Counted from the first letter of the stretch, positions 1 through 11,656 are shown. The stretch: 32,000 bases of DNA from Trichodesmium erythraeum IMS101 (GCF_000014265.1 NC_008312.1:5190001-5222000), one strand, 5' to 3'. The notes: generated from the letters alone by a model not told the origin. Made by a program: numbers and translations.

Positions 1-1265
<1,265 letters not shown>

Positions 1266-1304
1266 TTATATTTGCTTTGTTAGTAGTCAGCTAGTAAATA
1301 AATG

Positions 1305-1356
1305 TTGACAGTTGACTGGTTGATGCTCAACCTTGAGAGCGACAGTCAACTGACAA
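1305..1356 (+). promoter_or_regulatory. Intercistronic stem-loop between atpD and atpC
   Basis: Arms TTGACAGTTGACTG (1305-1318) and CAGTCAACTGACAA (1343-1356) pair at 13 of 14 positions. A nested GTTGA-tgc-TCAAC hairpin sits at 1319-1331. The structure is followed by an A-run, not a T-run. Confidence 0.4.
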
Positions 1357-1386
1357 ATAAAAAAAATAATAACAAATAATTGACAA

Positions 1387-1800
1387 ATGACGTTAACTGT
1401 GCGTGTAATAGCTCCCGACAAAACAATTTGGGACAAAGAAGCTCAAGAAGTAATTCTACCTAGTACAACAGGTCAATTAGGAATTTTAGGTGGGCACGCT
1501 CCACTTTTAACTGCTTTAGATACAGGTGTAATGCGAGTTCGTGCTGAAAATGACTGGATAGCGATCGCTCTGATGGGTGGTTTTGCTGAAATAGAAGCAG
1601 ATGAAGTAAGTATACTTGTTAATGGCGCTGAAAGAGGAGATAATATTGACACTGAAAAAGCCCGTTTAGCTTATGAGGAAGCAGAAAAACGGCTGCAAAC
1701 TTCTGAAAGTAGTGATAATCTTCAAGAAAAGATTAAGGCTAAACAAACCTTAAAGCGAGCCAGAGCACGCCTGCAGGCGGCTGGTGGAATGGTTAACTAA
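1387..1800 (+). CDS. atpC: F0F1 ATP synthase epsilon subunit
   Basis: The 137-aa product starts [44 protein letters not shown], typical of the epsilon N-terminal beta-sandwich, and ends in a helical tail. Position directly after the beta subunit gene fits the cyanobacterial atpBE arrangement. Confidence 0.95.
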   Translation: MTLTVRVIAPDKTIWDKEAQEVILPSTTGQLGILGGHAPLLTALDTGVMRVRAENDWIAIALMGGFAEIEADEVSILVNGAERGDNIDTEKARLAYEEAEKRLQTSESSDNLQEKIKAKQTLKRARARLQAAGGMVN

Positions 1801-2096
1801 AGTCCTACTTCTATTAACAGGGACTGCATTTGCTCCCAGGTCAGTCCCTGTTTAATATAAACAGGTGCTTCTGGGTTGTAGGGAGATTCAAGTATATCAA
1901 GACTGATTATCTTAGCTGTTTCTGGCAAAACAGGTACATCTGGATTAAAAGCAGTAGGCTGCATCAAAGAACTAGAAAAACCTTTAAATATAGCTATTTC
2001 ATCTGGCTGTTGATCAATTACTATATTAACTATTAATACTTGATTTGCTTGCTTAATTGTGTACTGTTCCAAACGATGAGCAATATTATTATTCAT
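1797..2096 (-). CDS. Hypothetical 99-aa protein (family not recognised)
   Basis: Clean ATG-initiated ORF filling the gap after atpC. The competing plus-strand ORF 1830-2036 translates to low-complexity junk. No motif recognised. Confidence 0.55.
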   Translation of the reverse strand: MNNNIAHRLEQYTIKQANQVLIVNIVIDQQPDEIAIFKGFSSSLMQPTAFNPDVPVLPETAKIISLDILESPYNPEAPVYIKQGLTWEQMQSLLIEVGL

Positions 2097-2203
2097 TGTT
2101 TGTAGGTAAAATACTCTGTTAATAATGTAGTAGTATCAAATTTATATTTATTTTGCCTCTTGCCTACTTCATCTAAAATCTTAAATTAATTTAATTCTAT
2201 ATA

Positions 2204-2824
2204 TTAATTTCCTGTAGCAGATCGTCCTTGTCTCTGTAATTTAACCAAAATGAAATAGGAAAGAAAAATTGTATAAATTACTAATCCAGAAAATCCTAAA
2301 AAGCCTATAAATTCTGGAGGCCAATCTGGGTGAAAAATTTGTTTAAATAACCAGGGCGGATCTAACCAAACACGACAAGAAGGATCACTTAGTAATTGAT
2401 TATGGGATTTGAAACCACAAACCACAAAAGGAATTTGAAGTATTATGCCCAGTAAATTATAAGTGGTACAAGCCCAACGCCAAGAAGTCAAACTAGCTTT
2501 GAGAGGAGAATTTCGTAAATCTCTAATTTCCTCATTCAAATCTACCCAAAACCACAAAGATATAGGAATTAAAAATCGAGCTATTAATGATGTTAAAAAA
2601 CTAATAGGTACTGCTGCAATCATTAAGTAAAGTGAGATAGCTAATAAACTAGCAACTCGCCAATAAATAATCAACAAGTTTTGAATAGCTTCAGATTTTT
2701 TAACAAAAGCCCAAATTAATAGAAATAAAGGTATTACTACAGTAAATAAAACCGCTAACCTATAATCCATCCAGATCAAAGTTTTTAATCCAGATGTAAT
2801 AGCTAAGGGTAAAAAATTCAACAT
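2204..2824 (-). CDS. Multi-pass integral membrane protein, function unknown
   Basis: The 206-aa ORF has about 5-6 hydrophobic segments (e.g. LAVLFTVVIPLFLLIWAFV, VASLLAISLYLMIAAVPISFL, GLVIYTIFLSYFILV). ATG start. Confidence 0.7.
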   Translation of the reverse strand: MLNFLPLAITSGLKTLIWMDYRLAVLFTVVIPLFLLIWAFVKKSEAIQNLLIIYWRVASLLAISLYLMIAAVPISFLTSLIARFLIPISLWFWVDLNEEIRDLRNSPLKASLTSWRWACTTYNLLGIILQIPFVVCGFKSHNQLLSDPSCRVWLDPPWLFKQIFHPDWPPEFIGFLGFSGLVIYTIFLSYFILVKLQRQGRSATGN

Positions 2825-3149
2825 AAATAATTAGTAACTTATAAATCGTTTTTAGGGCTGACTGGAAAAGTTCAAAGTTAAGAGCCAGGGCCATGGTTGG
2901 TGTGCAAATGGGCGATGGGCAAGAGGTAAAATATATTAATATTTATTAATACATTTTTTGTGGACTTTGTGAGAAAAAATAGCAAGTGAGCAAATATTAG
3001 TGTTCAAATTTTTTGGCATTTTTATCCAACTTAGAAATACTTAAACTGATTATATACCATGATTCTATATTGATTGAGTAAGCTCAATTTAAATGTCATT
3101 ATTAACAATAAGAAAGTTATTTAGGATTTGATATTAATTTAATTTAATA

Positions 3150-3191
3150 GTAAGCAACTGAATCAAAAACTTAAGGATTTCAGTTGCTTAC
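3150..3191 (-). terminator. Candidate hairpin terminator downstream of cp12
   Basis: Perfect 13-bp inverted repeat GTAAGCAACTGAA (3150-3162) / TTCAGTTGCTTAC (3179-3191) with a 16-nt loop, about 60 nt past the cp12 stop on the minus strand. The trailing tract is only moderately T-rich. Confidence 0.4.
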
Positions 3192-3250
3192 TTACTTAAA
3201 ATATATTGAATAAACTACATTGTAATAAGTGCCTATTCAACTAGTTAATT

Positions 3251-3478
3251 CTAGTTATCATCTATTCGACATTCGGCAGCCTCGGGATTATTCTCACAAT
3301 AAATTTCAAAGGAACTCTTAGGCTTTTGTTCCTTTTGATGAGAAGCTTCAGCTTGAAGTTCTTCTACTGCATCCCAAGCTGCTGCACATTCTTTAGAGTT
3401 AGCACCAGAAATATCACAAGCTTGGCGAGCTATCTGGCGCTCTTGTTCAATTTTTTCCTCAATGTCATTATTGGTCAT
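3251..3478 (-). CDS. cp12: CP12, the Calvin-cycle GAPDH/PRK regulatory protein
   Basis: 75 aa with the core AWDAVEEL motif, an N-terminal Cys pair (C-DISGANSKE-C) and a C-terminal Cys pair (YCENNPEAAECRIDDN). Confidence 0.93.
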   Translation of the reverse strand: MTNNDIEEKIEQERQIARQACDISGANSKECAAAWDAVEELQAEASHQKEQKPKSSFEIYCENNPEAAECRIDDN

Positions 3479-3903
3479 AGTTTTTTAATTTTGATTGACT
3501 ACCTACAAATTTAAATTTTAGGGCCTAATTCCTAACTCAACTAAAACACTAGAATTAAGAGATAGGGATAAAAAAACAGGCAAAAAAATCCAGCGAGGAT
3601 AGTCCCTTTTTCCTATTTATATTAGGTTTTTAGAGATTCTTCACCAAATGATCTTGATTTTTTAAGATTTACCTATAAGATATTAAACTTAAAAATGTTT
3701 AGCATATTAAAGGATACTTAGTTAATATAATAACATAACTAATATAATGATTTATTTTATAAGTAAAAACTATGAAATTAAATTAAAGTTTAATATTATA
3801 GTAAATATCAGTATACTTCTTGATATGATTCCCTATTCGCAATTATTTAAATGAAAGATTAAGATGAGAAATATAATTATAATTTATAAGGAGCGTCAAA
3901 CAG

Positions 3904-5148
3904 ATGCGGTGGTCAAACTCTCTATCAACCCGTCCTTCATTAGAAGCAGCAGTTAAGGAAGTAGTAGAAAAAAGTTCAGAATCATTAGGAACTAAAGCAG
4001 ATTTAGGACTGGTATTTATCTCATCAGCTTTTACCAGTGAATATCCACGGCTAATGCCTCTACTGAAAAAACATCTACCAGAAACTATTACGATAGGCTG
4101 CGGTGGAGGTGGTATTGTTGGTATGAATGAGCAAGGAAAACCGCAAGAACTAGAGCAAAAAACTGCAATTAGCCTCAGTTTAGCACATTTACCAGAAGTT
4201 GCAGTAAAAGCTTTTCATATATCAGCAGGACAGCTACCAGATTTAGATAGTTCCCCAGATCGTTGGTGTAATCTTATTGGAGTACCAACTGTAGACAAAC
4301 CTCAATTTATTATACTTGCCGATCCATTTTCTGCTAAAATAAATGACTTACTTCAAGGACTAGATTATGCTTATCCTCATTCTCCTAAGGTGGGAGGATT
4401 AGCTAGTAACGGAATAAATGGCCAAAATGCAGGACTCTTTTGTGAAAATAATCTCTACCAAGAAGGAGCTGTAGGTGTTTCTTTATCTGGTAATATAATA
4501 TTAGAAACAATAGTAGCTCAGGGCTGTCGCCCTGTTGGTCAACCTTATAGAGTTACACAAGGAGAACGTAATATAGTTTTAGAACTTGAAGAGTTAGTTA
4601 GTTCTAATCAAATAGTTAGTGATGGTGTTAAACAGTCTCCATTAGAAGCATTACAAAATTTAGTACAAAATCTTGATGAAAAAGACCGCAAGCTAGCCGA
4701 AAACTCCCTATTTGTTGGTATAGTTAGGGACGAATTTAAACAAAACTTGGAACAAGGAGACTTTTTAATTCGTAATTTAATTGGGGTAGACCCTAAAGCG
4801 GGAGCGATCGCTATCGGAGATCAAGTTAGGACAGGCCAAAGAATTCAATTTCATTTACGGGATGCTCATACTTCAGCAGAAGATTTAGAAATGTTACTAC
4901 AACGTTATCAAAGAAAGGTTGGTTTTCAAAGTACAGCTACAAACAATGCTACTGCTTTAATGTTCTCTTGTTTGGGACGTGGAGAAGTACTATATGGTAA
5001 ACCTAACTTTGATTCTAGCTTATTTAGTAGTTATTTAAATATCCCTATCAGTGGTTTTTTTTGTAATGGTGAAATTGGACCTGTAGGTAGTAGTACATTT
5101 TTACATGGTTATACCTCTGTATTTGGTATTTGCCGTCAACTTTCTTGA
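3904..5148 (+). CDS. FIST-domain (FIST_N + FIST_C) putative sensory protein
   Basis: 414 aa. Length, N-terminal pattern and C-terminal GFFCNGEIGP motif match my recollection of FIST_C. AAGGAG Shine-Dalgarno about 9 nt upstream of the ATG. Confidence 0.75.
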   Translation: MRWSNSLSTRPSLEAAVKEVVEKSSESLGTKADLGLVFISSAFTSEYPRLMPLLKKHLPETITIGCGGGGIVGMNEQGKPQELEQKTAISLSLAHLPEVAVKAFHISAGQLPDLDSSPDRWCNLIGVPTVDKPQFIILADPFSAKINDLLQGLDYAYPHSPKVGGLASNGINGQNAGLFCENNLYQEGAVGVSLSGNIILETIVAQGCRPVGQPYRVTQGERNIVLELEELVSSNQIVSDGVKQSPLEALQNLVQNLDEKDRKLAENSLFVGIVRDEFKQNLEQGDFLIRNLIGVDPKAGAIAIGDQVRTGQRIQFHLRDAHTSAEDLEMLLQRYQRKVGFQSTATNNATALMFSCLGRGEVLYGKPNFDSSLFSSYLNIPISGFFCNGEIGPVGSSTFLHGYTSVFGICRQLS

Positions 5149-5560
5149 AGAAGTCATAACTGAATAATGAATTAAAAGTCAAAAGCTATAAGTATTTATT
5201 TTTGAAAGGACGTTCCATGCAGCGTCCCTACTTAGTTCCGACTCCCGCGCCAGAAAGGGACACAGGTAACTCATTACTTATGGGCATTGTTCTCTGGAAA
5301 AAATAGAGCCCAAAATCAATATACTTGTTGAAAAAGTTAAAAATAGAGAATCAATAAATATTATAAAAAGTCAAAAAAAAGTTGATTTTGATCATATAGT
5401 ACTAAAAAAAAATATTAGGAAATTGATCAATTTGAAATATTTGATAGCTAATAGTTTTAACTATATCCCTCTAGAAGCAAGTTTCTCTGGAAATACGGAG
5501 CTGAATGCTGATTCTTAAAGCTAGAAGATAGAATAATTTACTTAGGGAAATATACTAATT

Positions 5561-6652
5561 TTATTGTAAAAGCAATATTGCATTATTATCAATGCTATTA
5601 GTGGTATTAAAACTTTGAAAATATCGCCGGACCTCAGGTGGAAAATGAGGAAAGTCCAACACAGCATCTCCATATGCAATATCAGCCCAGAAATAACGCA
5701 AACTAGGAGCAAGTTTGGCAGCAAGTTCTGGGGATAAATTTAAAGGAGGACTAGTCAAAAGTTTAGACATAAAATAAACAGAGCGATCGCCGATCCAGCT
5801 CCGAGAAACATCACTTAGATTAGGTAAATTAGGCAAAGAATTAATCCGATAACTTTCAATCTTTAAAGACTTTTGACCACTGGCATTAGTAATAAAATCT
5901 ATGATGCGATAAGGATGAGGATAAGAAACTAAAGAACCAGTTGTAATTTCATAAATTCCTTGATCTTTAGCAACATCCTGAACATGAAGATGACCAGTAA
6001 ATATAAGCTGAACACCTGCAGATTGGAGAATATCTAACAATACTGACCTATTTTCTAACATGTAACGACGACCAAGAGAGTTATGAGATTGGTCAGGCAA
6101 ATGTTCAATTACATTATGATGTAGCATGACTATCACTAATTCCTCTTCAGCAATGCTTAAAACCTGTTGTAACCAATCTAATTGTTCTGACTCTAAACCA
6201 CCAGTATATTTTTGTTTTCCTGAAGTATCAAATTGATTAGAATTTAACCCAATTATCCGAACTCCAGGCAATACTTGTTCACTATAATATAATCTTTGCT
6301 GGTAATCATATCCACAGTGATGATAATAACTAGGAAAATTGGCTAAACCAATAGAATAATCATTAGCAAATTTTACAGGTACATCGTGATTACCAGGAAC
6401 TACATATACAGGATAGGGAAGTGCAGATAATCTTTGACTGAGCCAGGTATGATTTTCTGGTTCACCATCTTGAGTTAGGTCTCCAGGTAGTAGTAAAAAA
6501 TCAATATCTAACTTACTTAAATGTTCTAGTACTAACTCCAAAGCAGGAATGCTAACTTCTACTAAATGAAAACTATGTGTTTTTTCAGAAATAGTATGAG
6601 GAACAGCAATATGTAAGTCACTAGCAACAGCAAATCTAAAGTTTAAGGCCAT
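5561..6652 (-). CDS. Calcineurin-like metallophosphoesterase
   Basis: Ordered metallophosphoesterase motifs: DLHI, GDLTQDG, GNHD, MLHHN, GHLH. Confidence 0.85.
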   Translation of the reverse strand: MALNFRFAVASDLHIAVPHTISEKTHSFHLVEVSIPALELVLEHLSKLDIDFLLLPGDLTQDGEPENHTWLSQRLSALPYPVYVVPGNHDVPVKFANDYSIGLANFPSYYHHCGYDYQQRLYYSEQVLPGVRIIGLNSNQFDTSGKQKYTGGLESEQLDWLQQVLSIAEEELVIVMLHHNVIEHLPDQSHNSLGRRYMLENRSVLLDILQSAGVQLIFTGHLHVQDVAKDQGIYEITTGSLVSYPHPYRIIDFITNASGQKSLKIESYRINSLPNLPNLSDVSRSWIGDRSVYFMSKLLTSPPLNLSPELAAKLAPSLRYFWADIAYGDAVLDFPHFPPEVRRYFQSFNTTNSIDNNAILLLQ

Positions 6653-6896
6653 AGAAAAAGTCCTTTGGAGATTAGGCTAAATCAATTGTTAATTATTTTT
6701 CTAGATTTCTATTTTATTTCAAAATTAGTAATCAAGAATAGATTAAGCCATACTATAGTTATAGTCTGTGGTGGGAATTAACTTCTGACTTTTGATTTTG
6801 CCCCTTCTGACTTCTACTATGGTTGACGCTCCGAGATGATAACATCTATATTAGTATAGAAACAATAAGGCAATCTGTAGACTCTAGGTGAAAGCA

Positions 6897-8582
6897 ATGC
6901 CAGAAGCCGAACTTCCTGGAAACAATTACTTACCAAAAATAAATGATCCAGTAAATCAGCAAAAACTGGACCAAGAAAATGAGGTTGAAAAAACTAGACA
7001 ACATTTAGCTCCAGAAGCACACACATCTATTCCAGAAAATGATGATTGGGAAACTGTTAATTTTCCTGATACTATTAATTTAGGTTCAATACCAGTTATA
7101 GAAACAACTGGAGTAGAACCAGAAGATTTGAAATTAACTGCTCAAGATCGAACTAAAAGAAGGTCCCAGGCAGTGCCAGATTTTGAAGTAATTTTAACAA
7201 AAGACTCTACTGAGGAACTAGAATCTGCAAATCTCATGGAGGCCTTACATCATTGTAACCGGGAACTTGTAAATCGAGTTACAGAACTAGAAACTGCCTT
7301 AGAAGAATGTCAGAAAACTCTAGAAAATCAGGAAAAGTTGCTAGAAGAAAGAACTAAAGAATTAGCAGCAACTCAACAACAGGTAACTCGTCTATTCTAC
7401 AAATTAGAATTATGTAGTCAAATTATTCAACGCCAGGAAGTTTTGGTAGAGTCCCTAACCGATAGATGGGAAAAGAGTGAACAATATCAGGCACAAATGG
7501 AAAGAGAATGTACTTTAACTAAACAATCTTACAATCAACAAAGTTATTATCTTAAGGAATTAGAAAGTACTTCTCAAGAGTTGCACTCAAGACTATACCG
7601 TCAACAACAACAAACTCTTCAGTTTAAAGCAGCTTTGGACAGATCCTTAGAAATGCCAGAAAGAATGGATACACTAAATCAACCAATAGAAAGACTTACA
7701 AACCCATCTCTAGTTAGGGCGTCTCAACCCAGTTCTAAACCTGAAGCTATAAAACGAGATAATACTTTCATTCAAACTAACACGAAAATATTACCTCTGA
7801 TAAATTCGGAACCAGTTAAACCATGGTCTCCACAGACAAAAAATCGACAACAGGAAACACCTATTATTAAGAAGGAAGAAAGAACTCTTACACAAATTAA
7901 TTTGGGTAATAAATTAGATTTACCACAAGAAACTACCACAACTCAAAAAGTTTCTTCATGGGAAGAAAATAGTCTTGAGAAGAATTTTTCTGGTAAGTTT
8001 AGTGAAGGTACATTAAATCCTAGTCTACCGTCATTGAGTAGAATAGGTGAAGTTTTAGATTATGAGTTGCTTGAGGTTGTATCGCAAAAAGATATTTTAG
8101 AAGATACAGAAGCAGGAGAGTATGTAGTTATAGAAGAAGATTATTTAACTGAAGAGCAAAGTGAATCTCAGGAAACAGAAAAATTGGTAGAAAATAAGCT
8201 TATAGCAGAACTGAAGCAAGTGGAAAACTTTGAAGAGGAGGAAAATACAGGAGTTAAACACGAACGCATATCATGGAATATATCTACAGGAAAATGGAAT
8301 GTTTATGAGTATCAACCAGAACCAGAAATAGAAGTAAATTCTGAAATAAATACAAGTGACTTTTCTGAAGTTTCAGAGGAAATGCTGCAAGATGTTGAAC
8401 AAACAATACCAGTAAGTGGTAAGCTACATTTACCAACTTGGATCCCTTCTTTATTTGAGTCTGAACCTGAAGATGTGGCACCTGAAGTTATAGAAAAACA
8501 GAACCTATCATTGGAGGCAATAGATTTGCCTAAGCTTCCCAGAATTCCTATTGATGATCAACCATCTACAGTAAATAGTTAA
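6897..8582 (+). CDS. Acidic coiled-coil protein, function unknown
   Basis: Long ORF with a central heptad-like region (about aa 115-250, e.g. ELVNRVTELETALEECQKTLENQEKLLEERTKELAATQQQ) and a Glu-rich C-terminus. The ATG at 6897 is preceded by AGGTGA and is preferred over the GTG at 6888. Confidence 0.7.
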   Translation: MPEAELPGNNYLPKINDPVNQQKLDQENEVEKTRQHLAPEAHTSIPENDDWETVNFPDTINLGSIPVIETTGVEPEDLKLTAQDRTKRRSQAVPDFEVILTKDSTEELESANLMEALHHCNRELVNRVTELETALEECQKTLENQEKLLEERTKELAATQQQVTRLFYKLELCSQIIQRQEVLVESLTDRWEKSEQYQAQMERECTLTKQSYNQQSYYLKELESTSQELHSRLYRQQQQTLQFKAALDRSLEMPERMDTLNQPIERLTNPSLVRASQPSSKPEAIKRDNTFIQTNTKILPLINSEPVKPWSPQTKNRQQETPIIKKEERTLTQINLGNKLDLPQETTTTQKVSSWEENSLEKNFSGKFSEGTLNPSLPSLSRIGEVLDYELLEVVSQKDILEDTEAGEYVVIEEDYLTEEQSESQETEKLVENKLIAELKQVENFEEEENTGVKHERISWNISTGKWNVYEYQPEPEIEVNSEINTSDFSEVSEEMLQDVEQTIPVSGKLHLPTWIPSLFESEPEDVAPEVIEKQNLSLEAIDLPKLPRIPIDDQPSTVNS

Positions 8583-8880
8583 AATTTAGTCGAGAAAGAT
8601 TTTATCTTTTTGGTTTGGATTTTATATTGTATAGTTTTTCTTCAAGAGGATTGCTTTTCTGTATTGAATGATGGGTAAATATAGAACTTATTTTTAATTT
8701 TTAATAAGGAAAAAACTAACAGGAAATAGAGAATTTAATATATGAAATTAAAGTTTGTATTAGCTAAATTTCAGCTATGAATATATGATTTTTTTGTATT
8801 AATTAAATCCTTAAATACTTTTTCCCTCAAACTAATTTATTTGTTCTATAGCTAATTATCTCATCATTATTCAAGTATCA

Positions 8881-9489
8881 TTAATCTGATCTTGCCCCTA
8901 CTTCAATGGCAGAATTAGCCATTTTTACTAAAGTTTCTCCTTCAATTTCGGGACTTTGACCAACACCTTTAAAAGCCATGCGATAAAATACTCCTTGATA
9001 TTCCCAGCCGATAATTGGAGGCGCACAAGATGCTCCACAGGTTAAAGGTCTAAAATATCCTTTAATGTTTTGCACTAAAGGATATTCCCTACTAAATTCA
9101 TCTTCTAAAGGTTTACCTCCTTTTTCAGCACTAAGATAACCAATGGAACAAGCAGTACTATGGTTACAATTAGGTGTAAAGGCTAAGGTAATTTCATAAC
9201 TATTACTTGTACCTTTACCCTCGACATAAATTTTTCTATCTGTACCTGTAATTAATAATTGAGTAGGTAGCAAAATTGGTACTTGAGTTTGTTCTTTTAT
9301 TTTTGGCAAAATTTGCTGTAATTCTGCAGCGACTGCTGTAGATTTTTGAGCTATTAATACTTTATTATTGTGGGTATTATAAGCATTAATTGGATAATTA
9401 AATGCTTTAAGTGTTGGCTGTAAATAACCCCATAGTATGATTATACTGCTTAGTAAGAATGTGTTTTTCAAAAAGAAGAGGATAGACAT
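8881..9489 (-). CDS. Secreted or membrane-anchored hypothetical protein with conserved cysteines
   Basis: 202 aa with an N-terminal hydrophobic signal/anchor (FLLSSIIILWGYL). Cysteines in the mature part at CNHSTAC and CGASC. No family recognised. Confidence 0.65.
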   Translation of the reverse strand: MSILFFLKNTFLLSSIIILWGYLQPTLKAFNYPINAYNTHNNKVLIAQKSTAVAAELQQILPKIKEQTQVPILLPTQLLITGTDRKIYVEGKGTSNSYEITLAFTPNCNHSTACSIGYLSAEKGGKPLEDEFSREYPLVQNIKGYFRPLTCGASCAPPIIGWEYQGVFYRMAFKGVGQSPEIEGETLVKMANSAIEVGARSD

Positions 9490-9677
9490 AATTAAAATCC
9501 TACTGAAAGACTAAACTGAATATTGAATGAAGTTTAAAGCCATAAGTTTTATCTATAAATACAGGTATACAGTTATTAGATTTCCTAGTTACAATCAATA
9601 CAGATTTAACTAAGTATACTTTGAAATAATTTCTTTGGTTAAACCTTTCTTTATTGTATTACTTTTTGATTTTCTTG

Positions 9678-11405
9678 TTAGGATTTTTCAGGGGGTGTTT
9701 GATTTTTTACTTTCTTTTTTTTCTGTTTTTTCTTAGCAGCTTTTTGAGCTTTTTTAGCAGCTTTTTCTGCAGTTATTTTTGCTAACCTTTCTAATTCTTT
9801 TTCTGACTCAAGTTTATCTATATAATAATGATAGTCTCCTAAGTAAGTATAAAATTCACCATCTCTGATTTCTACAATTTTGTTAGCTACTTGAGAGATA
9901 AAGTAACGGTCGTGGGAAACAATAATTACAGTTCCATCATAATTTTTTAGTGCTGATTCCAACATTTCCTTTGCTGGAATATCTAGATGATTTGTCGGCT
10001 CATCTAATAACATAAAATTTCCTGGTTTAAGAAGCATTTTTGCTAAAGCTAAACGTGCTTTTTCTCCACCACTCAAAGCAGCTACTTTTTTAAATACTGT
10101 ATCACCACTAAACAAGAAATTACCAAGTAAAGTTCTTACTTCTTCATTTTTCCAATCTGGCACTTCATCATGGATAATGTTTATCACAGTTTTTGTTAAG
10201 TCTAAAGCTTCTGCTTGGTTTTGCTCAAAGTAACTAGGTATAACATTATATTTACCTAATTCTACTATACCTTCTGTGGGTTTTTCTAATCCCATAATCA
10301 TCCGAAGTAAAGTAGATTTACCACAGCCATTCAACCCTAAAAAAGCAATTCTATCTCCCCTTTCTATTTCTAAGTTTGCTCCTAAAAAGAGAATTTTATC
10401 ACCATAAGTATGAACTAAATCTTTAATGACTGCAACTTCTCTACCACTACGAGGTGCTGGTGGAAAATGGAAAGTTAAAGTTTTTAATCCTACTGTAGGA
10501 GCTTCTATAAGTTCTATTTTTTCTAATTGTTTTTCTCTGCTTTTTGCTTGAGTACTACGAGTAGCACTAGCACGAAAGTGTTCTATAAAAGTTTGTTGTT
10601 TTTCTATTTCTTTTTGTTGTCGTTCATAAGTGCTAAGTTGTGCAGCTTTATTTTCTGATTTTTGTTCTAAATAAGTTGAATAATTACCTAAATAAGTGGT
10701 AGAAACTCCTCTTTCAGTTTCCACAATTTGAGTACAAAGGCGGTCAAGAAATTCTCTGTCATGGGAAACTATCACCATAGGAGTTGCTAAATTTTTTAAA
10801 TAATTTTCTAGCCACTCAATTGTTTCTAAATCTAGATGGTTAGTCGGTTCATCTAAGAGTAATACATCTGGCTTTTGCAAAAGAATTTTTCCTAAACTCA
10901 TCCGCATTTGCCAACCACCACTAAAAGCACTAACTAAGCGATCGCCATCATCAGATTCAAACCCCATTTCGGGCAATATTTTTTCAATTTCTGCATCTAA
11001 TCCATAACCATTTAAAGCTTCAAATTGTCGTTGTAAACGGTCTAATTTATGAATAAGTTCATCTAATTTTTCTGGAGTAGCAATTTCCATTTCTCTCTGT
11101 ACTTGTAGAAGAGATTCGTGTATTTTATTAGCCTCTATAAATACGGTCCAAAATTCCTCTCTAACTGTACGATTAGGATTTACTTCAAATTCTTGAGTTA
11201 GATAAGCAATGTGTAAATTTGCAGGGCGAATAACTTCTCCAGAAGTAGGTTCTATTTCTCCAGTAATAATTTTTAATTGAGTTGATTTTCCAGCTCCATT
11301 AACACCCACTAAGCCAATGCGGTCTCCTGGTTTTACTTCCCAGTTAACATCTTTAAGAATGACACCTGTAGGATATATCTTACTTATATTTTCCAGTCTC
11401 AGCAT
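9678..11405 (-). CDS. ABC-F family ATPase (two ABC cassettes, no membrane domain)
   Basis: Duplicated Walker A (GVNGAGKST, GLNGCGKST), signature (FSGGWQMR, LSGGEKAR) and Walker B (LLLDEPTNHLD, MLLDEPTNHLD) motifs. Inter-domain linker present, plus a Lys-rich tail (KKAQKAAKKKQKKKKVK). Confidence 0.92.
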   Translation of the reverse strand: MLRLENISKIYPTGVILKDVNWEVKPGDRIGLVGVNGAGKSTQLKIITGEIEPTSGEVIRPANLHIAYLTQEFEVNPNRTVREEFWTVFIEANKIHESLLQVQREMEIATPEKLDELIHKLDRLQRQFEALNGYGLDAEIEKILPEMGFESDDGDRLVSAFSGGWQMRMSLGKILLQKPDVLLLDEPTNHLDLETIEWLENYLKNLATPMVIVSHDREFLDRLCTQIVETERGVSTTYLGNYSTYLEQKSENKAAQLSTYERQQKEIEKQQTFIEHFRASATRSTQAKSREKQLEKIELIEAPTVGLKTLTFHFPPAPRSGREVAVIKDLVHTYGDKILFLGANLEIERGDRIAFLGLNGCGKSTLLRMIMGLEKPTEGIVELGKYNVIPSYFEQNQAEALDLTKTVINIIHDEVPDWKNEEVRTLLGNFLFSGDTVFKKVAALSGGEKARLALAKMLLKPGNFMLLDEPTNHLDIPAKEMLESALKNYDGTVIIVSHDRYFISQVANKIVEIRDGEFYTYLGDYHYYIDKLESEKELERLAKITAEKAAKKAQKAAKKKQKKKKVKNQTPPEKS

Positions 11406-11656
11406 TTATAATTTATCTCCTAGTTAGGTTAATAGCAAGGCACGTTTTTTTTAGTTTCAGTTATTTTATACTTAGAGTAAAAAAGTGAAATAAGTATTAA
11501 GATATTTATGTGGTAATTAAATCTTCAAGCTGGAATCAAATTAGAAATATAAATTAGTTAATAGAAGCGGTTGTATCGGTATTTATACTTCTCAAGTTAT
11601 GGTTAAGGATAATTTGAAAATTGTGTCTTTTCCTATTCCTTATTCCCTATCTTTTT

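Noticed and set aside
1305-1356. The atpD-atpC hairpin interpreted as an intrinsic terminator.
   Set aside because: On the plus strand it is followed by an A-run. On the minus strand the T-run precedes the stem rather than following it. The downstream atpC also needs read-through.
1830-5724. Small ORFs 1830-2036 (+), 3326-3514 (+) and 5542-5724 (-).
   Set aside because: Each overlaps a better-supported gene on the opposite strand or in another frame (the 99-aa ORF, cp12, the metallophosphoesterase). Each encodes Phe/Ile/Leu-rich junk typical of AT-rich shadow frames.
5561-8582. Metallophosphoesterase plus coiled-coil protein as an SbcCD-like nuclease pair or defence module.
   Set aside because: The genes are divergent rather than co-transcribed. 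The coiled-coil protein has no Walker A/B or signature motifs. The phosphoesterase looks Icc/CpdA-like rather than SbcD-like.
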